DNA of 32,000 nucleotides from an uncultured Clostridia bacterium (GTDB lineage: Bacteria; Bacillota; Clostridia; TANB77; CAG-508). The stretch covers positions 1-32,000 of the forward strand of contig CALXHG010000020.1 of NCBI GenBank assembly GCA_944388045.1, given 5' to 3'. Both the position numbers and the translations under genes were made by a program. The notes below the pieces were generated by a model. The model saw only the letters and a list, made by a program, of their open reading frames with translations, had not been told where the DNA came from and did no database searches. Positions 1-6,866 of this stretch are shown piece by piece (position 1 is the first letter of the stretch; each line of letters begins with the position of its first letter).

Positions 1-2
1 AG

Positions 3-623
3 GTAGATGTACCAATGGAAGATAAAGAAAGATATGAAATGTTTAATTTATTAAACAAACATAAAATGAGGTATAGGTATATTAGAATGAGGAAAATATA
101 TCAAACAAGTATACATTTAGCAAATCATAGTAGCAGTAGAAATATTAATATATATGACAAAGGGGTTGAAAGTGGTATTCCAGAGTTTGAGAATGTAGTT
201 CGTTTAGAATTACAAATTAAACATAGAGGAATCATAAGGTTATTAAATAAAGAAGAAAAACCAAGAGACATTTATTACTATTGGGGAAAAGAAGCAATGG
301 AGGAATTATTTTTTAAATATTTCGAGGGATTTCTTTATACAGGTACATATTATAAATTAGGACAAGCTATAAAAATAATTGAAAAATCTTCATATACAAG
401 AACATTAAAAAAAGGTTTAATATCTTTTGTTTCAATAGTAAATAAAAATGGTATGTTAGGAGCTGAAAGATTTTTTAGTTACAATACTATAAGAAAATAT
501 GAAAAATTATTGGATAATATAAATGTTAATCCTATAACTATTGAAGATGATGCTGAAATAAATGAGATGGAAAACTTATTAAAAAGAGCAAGAAGAATAG
601 CAGAAGAAAAATATTTCAAATAA
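3..623 (+). CDS. Rep_trans-family rolling-circle initiator / MOB_T-type relaxase, C-terminal part (5' end outside the window)
   Basis: The frame is open from nt 3 with no upstream stop. The block NINIYDKGVE...VVRLELQIKHRG resembles the YDK ... R-x-E-L signature I recall for pT181 RepC, Tn916 Orf20 and ICEBs1 NicK type proteins. The gene lies directly upstream of the xis-like and int genes. Confidence 0.55.
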   Translation, partial: VDVPMEDKERYEMFNLLNKHKMRYRYIRMRKIYQTSIHLANHSSSRNINIYDKGVESGIPEFENVVRLELQIKHRGIIRLLNKEEKPRDIYYYWGKEAMEELFFKYFEGFLYTGTYYKLGQAIKIIEKSSYTRTLKKGLISFVSIVNKNGMLGAERFFSYNTIRKYEKLLDNINVNPITIEDDAEINEMENLLKRARRIAEEKYFK

Positions 624-735
624 AAGAATTTAAAACTCACACAAAGGATTTTATATTAAGTTATTATAAAAAAGTCTTTTGTGGAGCAGTATTGAGTGAA
701 ATAGGAGCAGATAAAATTATTTATGGAGGTAAAAA

Positions 736-966
736 ATGAATTATAAAGAATATGTAGAAAAAAGAAATAAAGAAAATAAAATAACAATAAAAAAGGCAAG
801 TGAATTAATGGGAAAATCACAAAGTTTTGTAAGAATAGCAATGCAAAGAAATTTAATAAATATTGGGGTATGTTTAAAGAAAGAGGGGAGTAAAAGATAC
901 GATTATTATATAAATCCAAAACTATTTTATGAATATTTAGGGGAAAATAAAAAAAACATATTTTAA
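736..966 (+). CDS. Small HTH DNA-binding protein, excisionase-like (xis candidate)
   Basis: 76 aa with GGAGG 8 nt before the ATG. ITIKKASELMGKSQSFVRIAMQR looks like a helix-turn-helix. Its position immediately 5' of the integrase is typical for Xis. Confidence 0.45.
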   Translation: MNYKEYVEKRNKENKITIKKASELMGKSQSFVRIAMQRNLINIGVCLKKEGSKRYDYYINPKLFYEYLGENKKNIF

Positions 967-1034
967 ACCTTAGATTTATAAAAAAGTTTTCATATAATAC
1001 CAAATAATTAAAGAAAGGGGGGAATAAATATATC

Positions 1035-2075
1035 ATGAAGAGAGCCAATGGAATGGGAAGTGTATATAAAGCTGCAGGTAATAGAAGAAAACCTTATATT
1101 GTAAGGGTAACAAAAAAATTTGATGATAATGGAAAACAACTTTTTGAAATTTTAGGTGCATATGCCACACAAAAAGAAGCTGAAAATATGTTAAATGAAT
1201 ATACTAAAAATCCATATAATCTTAATAATCGTCATATTACCTTTAAGGGTGTTTTTGATTTATGGAAAAAAGAAAAATATCCTAAAATAAGAGAGAATTC
1301 TGCAAAGGCTTATGATTCATCTTTCAATAAATATTGTAAAGATTTATGGGATATAAGATTTATAGATCTTAGGTTAACTCATTATCAAACTTTAATTGAT
1401 AATAGTAATTGTAATTATCCAACTAAAAATAAGATAAGAAACCTTTTAAGCCAATTATCTAAATTTGCTCTAAATAATGACATTGTGCTTAAAGATTATA
1501 CAACAGCTATAGATATTGGAAAAAATACTAACACTCAAAAAAGAAAACCATTTACAAAAGAAGAAATACAAAAATTATGGGATAATGTTAACGAATTTAA
1601 ATGGGTTGATAGTATTTTAATTCTCTTATATAGTGGCACTAGAATTTGCGAATTATTAGATACTGAAATTAGTAATGTATTTTTAGATGAAAAATACCCA
1701 TTTTTTGTATCTGGAAATAAAACAGATGCAGGAAGAGAAAGAAAAATACCTATACATAATAGAATTTTACCTTTGGTTAAAAATTATTATGAAAAAAATA
1801 AGGATAAAAAATATCTTATTACAAATCATAATGGAGAAAAAATGGATTATTACAATTATAGAAGGAATAAGTGGGATGTTATAATGAAGGATTTTGGAAT
1901 GGATTATACCCCACATTGTACAAGGCATACATTTATATCATTATTAAAAAGTAAAAGGGCTGACCCATTAAATATAAAAAGAATTGTAGGTCATATTAGT
2001 AATGATGTGACTTCCGATGTTTATACCCATATTGATATAAAAGAACTATGGGAAACAGTAAATTTACTTGACTAG
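1035..2075 (+). CDS. int: Tyrosine recombinase / integrase (Tn916/ICE-type with N-terminal arm-binding domain)
   Basis: The N-terminus MGSVYK..RKPYIVRV..GAYATQKEAE looks like an AP2-like integrase DNA-binding domain. Catalytic signature: LLYSGTRICEL (Arg), HCTRHTFISLL (His-x-x-Arg), VGHISNDVTSDVYTH (His ... Tyr). A GGGGGG RBS precedes the ATG. Confidence 0.9.
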   Translation: MKRANGMGSVYKAAGNRRKPYIVRVTKKFDDNGKQLFEILGAYATQKEAENMLNEYTKNPYNLNNRHITFKGVFDLWKKEKYPKIRENSAKAYDSSFNKYCKDLWDIRFIDLRLTHYQTLIDNSNCNYPTKNKIRNLLSQLSKFALNNDIVLKDYTTAIDIGKNTNTQKRKPFTKEEIQKLWDNVNEFKWVDSILILLYSGTRICELLDTEISNVFLDEKYPFFVSGNKTDAGRERKIPIHNRILPLVKNYYEKNKDKKYLITNHNGEKMDYYNYRRNKWDVIMKDFGMDYTPHCTRHTFISLLKSKRADPLNIKRIVGHISNDVTSDVYTHIDIKELWETVNLLD

Positions 2076-2083
2076 GATTAATG

Positions 2084-2131
2084 ATGATAGATATATTTGT
2101 TATGAAAAATAATATATCTATCATTTTTTTC
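2084..2131 (+). terminator. Rho-independent terminator after int
   Basis: 14-bp perfect arms atgatagatatatt (2084-2097) and aatatatctatcat (2111-2124), followed by a T7 run. Confidence 0.6.
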
Positions 2132-2355
2132 TTTTTAATTTGAGAGATAAAATTTTTTCATTTTTGAGAAGAATATATATATATTAATAATTGATGAAAA
2201 TGTATCATATTATTTCATACTATATTTTATAAAAAAAATTAAAATATATTAAAAATTTTAGTTACTTTACTACCAAATAAATTAAGAGGTTTCGAAGAAA
2301 TACATAGCAAACATAATTTATAAAATATTTAATAAAAATAATAAAAAGAAGTTAA

Positions 2356-2381
2356 AGAATAGTATATTTATATACTATTCT
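2356..2381. repeat. Perfect 11-bp-arm palindrome agaatagtata-ttta-tatactattct
   Basis: Read directly from the sequence. It lies between int and the virB4-like remnant. Confidence 0.7.
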
Positions 2382-2418
2382 AACTAAAAATTAAATTAAA
2401 TAAAATTAAATTAAATTA

Positions 2419-2439
2419 GTAATATACAGGTAATATACA
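2419..2439 (+). repeat. Tandem direct repeat gtaatataca-g-gtaatataca
   Basis: Two exact 10-mers with an 11-bp period, preceded by (aaattaaatta)n-like repeats. This is a candidate recombinase arm or att-type site, or an iteron. Confidence 0.6.
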
Positions 2440-2462
2440 AAATGTTCTAAAAAGATTGATAA

Positions 2463-2813
2463 ATAAGTGTTATTCAAATTCATAAAGAAGATTTAACAAA
2501 TCATATTGAAAAAATAAAAAATAATCAAAAAAAAGAGAATAATAAAACAATAAATAACTATTCAAATAATTATATTGAATTTTTAAAGTTAAAGAATCAG
2601 AAAAATAAATCAGCTTCAAAAAATATATTTTTAATTATAAAAAATACAACAGAGAATAATGAAGAAAATATTTTTCAAGAATTAAATGAAAAATATTTTA
2701 AAATTAAAGATGCATTATTAAGATGTGGAAATTTATCTTATGAATGTGATAAAAAAGAAATAAAAAAAATATTATTTTCTTTTTTTAATACAAAAATATT
2801 TTTAGAAAAATAA
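2463..2813 (+). pseudogene. N-proximal fragment of the VirB4-like ATPase gene (no start codon, separated from the main ORF by a 1-nt frameshift)
   Basis: 116 sense codons end at TAA 2811-2813, with no ATG/GTG/TTG and stops at 2448, 2457 and 2460 just upstream. It reads ...NIFLIIKNT..IKDALLRCGNLSYECDKKEIKKILFSFFN. From memory this resembles the segment preceding the PS-x-I-x-F block of Orf16/PrgJ/TcpF-type proteins. Confidence 0.45.
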
Positions 2814-2817
2814 AGAG

Positions 2818-4965
2818 GTGAAAAAAATAAAAAATTATATAAATAAAAAAAATAATTTGAAAGAAAATAAAAATAAATTAATAGACAATAAAAAAGAAAT
2901 AAAAAACAAAAATAATTTAATAAAAAACAAAAATGAAAAAAGATATAATAAAAATAACATAAATAAATATGAAAAAGAAAAAACAAATAAAAATAATATT
3001 TTAATAAAAAATGAAAATGAAAAAGTAAAGATAGATAAAAAAAATAAAGTTATAGAAAATAAAAATAATTTTATTAAAAATAATAATAAAAAAATAAACA
3101 ACAAAAAAATATTATTTAAAAATAAAATATCAAATAAATATATTAAATTAAAACATAATTTAATATATTTAAAAAATAATTTAATAAAAATAAAAAAAAA
3201 TAATTTTGATGAAGGAGAATTTTTTGACAAAGATTTTTTTTCACCATCGTATATTAATTTCAATAATCCCAAATATATAGAAATAGATGATTATTTTTAT
3301 TCTGGATTAATTATAGTAAATTATTATAGAGAAAATAATGACCTAATTTTAAAAAGCTTATTAGAAACAAATATTAATATGAATATTTCTATGTATTATG
3401 AAAAATGTGATACTCAGAAAGTAATAAAAGAATTAACCTATAATATTGGAAATGTTGGATATGAGTTAAAAAAATTTAATGATAATAGACAAGATATAGA
3501 CATTGCTGAATCTACATATAATGATGCAAAATATATAAGAAAAGAAATTCAACTTAATAATGAAGAATTATATAATTTATACATTTATATAAATTTATTT
3601 AGTAATGATAAAAAAGAACTTTTTTATAATTTAGATAAGATTGAAGGAATACTACAAAGTAGGGGAATGCAAACGAAAAAATCAAATTTTAGACAAGAGC
3701 AATTATTTTTATCATGTTTACCATTATTAGAAAATAATAATGATTTAAAAACTGTTGGAAAAAGGAATATTTTAACTAATGGATTAGTTTCAACATATCC
3801 ATTTATGTCTTCTTCAATTGTTGATGATGAGGGAATCTATATCGGAAATAATATGTATAATAATTCGATGGTTTTAATAGATAGATATAATACTGATAAA
3901 TATAAAAATGCTAATATGTGTATTTTTGGGACAAGTGGAGCAGGTAAATCATTTTACACAAAAGCAATAATTTTGCGTAATGTTCTACTTGGTATTGAAC
4001 AGTACGTGATAGATCCAGAAAGAGAATATATAGATTTAGCTAGTAATTTAAATGGTACTATAATAAAACTTGGAACAACATCAGAAAATTTTATTAATGT
4101 TTTTGATATTAGAAAAGAAAGTATAGAAGAAAATGAACATGGTTATCTAGCAACTAAAATAGGTAAGTTAATTGGATTTTTTAACTTAATATTTGGAGAA
4201 TTGAATGAAGAGGAAAAAGCTGTATTAGAAGAAAAAATTATTGAAGTCTATAAATTAAAAAATATAACTTTTAATGATAATTCTTTATATAAAAATAATA
4301 AATTTAAAACAACAAAAGATATGCCAATATTAGAAGATTTTTATAATATATTAACAGAAGAAAAAAATAAGAAATTTAAAATTAAATTAATTCCTTTTAT
4401 TAAAGGCTCATTAAAATTTTTTAATAATCATACAAATATTGAATTAAATAACAAATTAATTGTTGCAGATGTTTATGAATTAGGAGAAGACAATATGAAA
4501 TATGGAATGTATTTATTTGTTGAACTATTTTGGGATAAAATAAAGATTAATAGAAATATAAAAAAGGCAATTTATTTAGACGAAATTTGGAGACTTATTG
4601 GAGTAACTTCAAATAAAGATGTTGCAAAATTTATTTACAAAATTTTTAAAACTATTAGAAAATATGGAGGTAGTAGTGTTGCTATTACTCAAGACATTTC
4701 TGATTTGTTTAGCTTAGACGAAGGAGCTTATGGAAAAAGTATTTTAAATAATTCTAGTATAAAAACATTTTTTTCTTTAGAGGAAGAAAATATAAAATTA
4801 CTATCTCAATATTCAAATATATCAGAAAAGGAAAAATTAGAGATAAAATCTTTACGAAGAGGAGAGTGTTTAACTTTTGTTGGTGATGAACATATTTTAA
4901 TTAATGTTGAAGTTAGTGATTATGAAAAACAATTAATTGAAAATAAGAATAAAATAAAAAATTAA
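2818..4965 (+). CDS. VirB4/TraE-like conjugative transfer ATPase (Gram-positive PrgJ/Orf16/TcpF type) with a 129-aa Lys/Asn-rich N-terminal tract
   Basis: Walker A is FGTSGAGKSFYTKA, Walker B is AIYLDEIWRL, and ITQDISD is present downstream. The FFSPSYINFNNPKYIEIDDYFYSGLIIVNY block is typical of the VirB4 N-domain. GTG start. Confidence 0.85.
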   Translation: MKKIKNYINKKNNLKENKNKLIDNKKEIKNKNNLIKNKNEKRYNKNNINKYEKEKTNKNNILIKNENEKVKIDKKNKVIENKNNFIKNNNKKINNKKILFKNKISNKYIKLKHNLIYLKNNLIKIKKNNFDEGEFFDKDFFSPSYINFNNPKYIEIDDYFYSGLIIVNYYRENNDLILKSLLETNINMNISMYYEKCDTQKVIKELTYNIGNVGYELKKFNDNRQDIDIAESTYNDAKYIRKEIQLNNEELYNLYIYINLFSNDKKELFYNLDKIEGILQSRGMQTKKSNFRQEQLFLSCLPLLENNNDLKTVGKRNILTNGLVSTYPFMSSSIVDDEGIYIGNNMYNNSMVLIDRYNTDKYKNANMCIFGTSGAGKSFYTKAIILRNVLLGIEQYVIDPEREYIDLASNLNGTIIKLGTTSENFINVFDIRKESIEENEHGYLATKIGKLIGFFNLIFGELNEEEKAVLEEKIIEVYKLKNITFNDNSLYKNNKFKTTKDMPILEDFYNILTEEKNKKFKIKLIPFIKGSLKFFNNHTNIELNNKLIVADVYELGEDNMKYGMYLFVELFWDKIKINRNIKKAIYLDEIWRLIGVTSNKDVAKFIYKIFKTIRKYGGSSVAITQDISDLFSLDEGAYGKSILNNSSIKTFFSLEEENIKLLSQYSNISEKEKLEIKSLRRGECLTFVGDEHILINVEVSDYEKQLIENKNKIKN

Positions 4966-5140
4966 ATAATAAAAATAAAAAATAAATTAAATAATAAAAA
5001 ATTAAAAAAATAAATAATAATTAAATAATAAAAATAAAAAATAAATTAATAATAATTAAATAATAAAAAAATAAATTAAATAGTAATTAAATAATAAAAA
5101 AATAACAAATAAAAGATAACAAAAATAATATTAAAAATAT
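4962..5140 (+). repeat. A-rich, nearly G/C-free minisatellite-like tract
   Basis: There is an exact 28-nt direct repeat ttaaataataaaaataaaaaataaatta at 4962-4989 and 5021-5048. An exact 21-nt repeat aattaaataataaaaaaataa occurs at 5054-5074 and 5085-5105. Stops occur in all frames. Confidence 0.85.
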
Positions 5141-5214
5141 ATATTTAAATATTTAATAAAAAATATTTTATTGATTTAATTAATTTTAAGAAAGGAGATT
5201 TTATTAATAAAAAA

Positions 5215-5940
5215 ATGGAGTTAGAAAATGAAATAGAAAATGATAAAAAAATTGAAAATAATGTAAATTTAGAAAAAGAACAAAAAAATTTTTTTGAAAC
5301 TTCACTAGGGAAAGTAATAGATACAGGAATAGACATTGGATTAAAAGCAATTTTGCCAGATTTAATTGAAGACCAAGTTATAAATATAAAAGATGCATTA
5401 ATAGATAATGGAATAAAAGAAGGAATAAAAACAGCAGTTAATTCTATAATTGATTTTGGAAAAAGTATTAAAGGAATTTTTACTGGAAAATTCGAAAATA
5501 TAGAACAAGTAGAAACAGCAATAGGAAATGGAGGAATAATAGATACAACATCAGACTTAATTGACAAGGCTATAGATAAAGTTTATCAAAAAGGTATAAT
5601 AGGAACTCAAATAAAAAACTTAATAATTAAAGGAAAAGATTTGATTATGAGTAATGTTGCTAGTAATTTAAAAGATGAAATAAATTTACAAGAAAAATCT
5701 TTTTATAATATTGAAAAATATATTAGTAATTTTAATAATTTTTACAATAGTAAAAATTTTGATGGTATGACTAGAGAGTATAATAAAATAGAAAAAGAAT
5801 TAAAAAAATTAATTCCTTTGGAAAATGTATTAAGAGAAACAAATAAAATAAATATTTTATATAATCTAATAAAAAATAATGGACATAATTTTAATTTAAG
5901 TGAAAGTGAGATGGATTTTATAAAGAAAATGAATATATAA
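5215..5940 (+). CDS. Hypothetical protein (helical, Ile/Asp/Gly/Lys-rich), downstream of the virB4-like gene
   Basis: 241-aa ORF on the same strand as the virB4-like gene. I recognise no catalytic motif. The start is uncertain because GGAGA lies about 16 nt before the ATG. Confidence 0.5.
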   Translation: MELENEIENDKKIENNVNLEKEQKNFFETSLGKVIDTGIDIGLKAILPDLIEDQVINIKDALIDNGIKEGIKTAVNSIIDFGKSIKGIFTGKFENIEQVETAIGNGGIIDTTSDLIDKAIDKVYQKGIIGTQIKNLIIKGKDLIMSNVASNLKDEINLQEKSFYNIEKYISNFNNFYNSKNFDGMTREYNKIEKELKKLIPLENVLRETNKINILYNLIKNNGHNFNLSESEMDFIKKMNI

Positions 5941-5946
5941 AAAATA

Positions 5947-5978
5947 GAATAAAGGCTTTTTCCTTTATTCCATTTTTT
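5947..5978. terminator. Hairpin terminator between convergent genes
   Basis: Arms gaataaagg and cctttattc with a 6-nt loop, followed by a T-run. It overlaps the stop codon of the minus-strand XRE gene. Confidence 0.5.
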
Positions 5979-6324
5979 CTCTATCATTAGTGTACTTTTT
6001 ACAAAAATCATTAGAATACATTACAATGTGATAAATGAAATCTGTAGTTTCTTCTGAATTCACTGTTAAAATATTATTAATTTTTTGTATTGTTTGGTTA
6101 TTTGTTCCTTTTCCAAATAATAAATAATCAGCAGATATTCCTGTATATCTTACAACTTTTCTTAATGTTTTTACACTAAGAGCTCTTTCTCCTCTTTCAA
6201 TTTGCCCTAAGAAAGAATCTGTAATGTCAATTTTTTCAGAAAATTCTTCTCTGTTCATTTTCATGTTTTCTCTAATTCCACGAAGTCTTTCTCCTGTGGA
6301 TATATCATCTTGATTATAATGCAT
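5965..6324 (-). CDS. XRE-family helix-turn-helix transcriptional regulator
   Basis: GERLRGIRENMKMNREEFSEKIDITDSFLGQIERGERALSVKTLRKV is a classic HTH_3 pattern. I chose the start at MHYNQ (6324) because GAGGAG sits 8 nt upstream; the ORF track start at 6354 lacks an RBS. Confidence 0.85.
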   Translation of the reverse strand: MHYNQDDISTGERLRGIRENMKMNREEFSEKIDITDSFLGQIERGERALSVKTLRKVVRYTGISADYLLFGKGTNNQTIQKINNILTVNSEETTDFIYHIVMYSNDFCKKYTNDREKME

Positions 6325-6502
6325 ACCTTTATCTCCTCTAAATTTTTTTAACATTATATAGCGAATTTTGTCAACATATAATAAGCAAAAAGCAAATATT
6401 TAACGTATGCATATAAAATGATATAAAAATATAAATCAGATATTAAAAAAGAATATACTTAAAACGAATAAGAATCAAAAATAAAGCTAAAAATATATTG
6501 AG

Positions 6503-6727
6503 GTGATAAATTTGTTTGATGAAGGAAAATTAGATGAAATTTTTAGAAATAATCAAGAAACTGTTGAAGAAAAAATTGCTAAACAATATCATTTAGAATT
6601 AAAAAAGATAAATGATGTTAATTTTGAAGAAAGAGAAAATATAAAACAGGGAATTATAGCGGAATTATATTATAAAGAAGGTTTTAAAGATGGAGTAGAT
6701 TATGCTTTAAAGTATTTGATAAAATAG
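6503..6727 (+). CDS. Small hypothetical protein, divergent from the XRE regulator
   Basis: 74-codon ORF. A more likely start is TTG 6512, preceded by GAGGTG with a 6-nt spacer. No recognisable domain. Confidence 0.4.
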   Translation: MINLFDEGKLDEIFRNNQETVEEKIAKQYHLELKKINDVNFEERENIKQGIIAELYYKEGFKDGVDYALKYLIK

Positions 6728-6803
6728 TTTAAAATATAAAAATTTTAATACTTAAAAAAGGAAATTGTTTCATTAAAAATCTGAAAATAATTCTTTAAAA
6801 TTC

Positions 6804-6832
6804 TTGCAAATTAAAAGTTATTATAATATAAT
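6804..6832 (+). promoter_or_regulatory. Sigma-A-type promoter for gyrA
   Basis: TTGCAA (6804-6809), 17-nt spacer, TATAAT (6827-6832). Confidence 0.5.
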
Positions 6833-6866
6833 ACTAATGCAATACAAAAAGAAAGAGGTAGAAACA

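Larger units (their letters stand above)
1..2460 (+). mobile_element. Right-hand end of an integrative (possibly mobilizable) element: relaxase/Rep, xis-like and int module; the element continues left of the window
   Basis: Three co-oriented genes typical of ICE/IME recombination and relaxase modules. The integrase 3' end faces an AT-rich non-coding stretch with a palindrome and a tandem 10-mer (candidate att region). The right boundary is not defined by any repeat I could pair. Confidence 0.45.

Noticed and set aside
656-1048. 130-aa minus-strand ORF overlapping the xis-like gene and the int start. Similar shadow ORFs lie at 1687-1884, 5145-5567, 5742-6011, 8069-8269, 10091-10273, 10406-10750, 14337-14585, 27597-27830, 29490-29732, 29993-30181 and 31625-31837.
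   Set aside because: All of them lie inside or antisense to much longer ORFs with recognisable protein motifs. They have hydrophobic low-complexity translations and lack Shine-Dalgarno sequences.
2286-2298. ggtttcgaag resembling a tRNA T-loop (GGTTCGAA) as a relic of a tRNA att site next to the integrase
   Set aside because: The flanking bases cannot form a T-stem or acceptor stem. No duplicated 3' segment of any of the four tRNAs in the window occurs near int.
2738-3272. Two minus-strand ORFs (82 and 145 aa, Phe/Leu/Ile-rich) antisense to the start of the virB4-like gene
   Set aside because: They are the T-rich complement of the A-rich Lys/Asn tract. Stop codons are rare on a strand that is mostly T, so open frames arise by composition alone. 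They have no RBS and their sequence is low-complexity.
6804-6866. N-terminal extensions proposed by the ORF track for gyrA (and likewise 16355-16402, 17777-17815, 21050-21106 and 6325-6354)
   Set aside because: In each case an internal start has a proper Shine-Dalgarno sequence and matches the conserved N-terminus of the protein family. The upstream extension overlaps promoter-like sequence and has an implausible composition.
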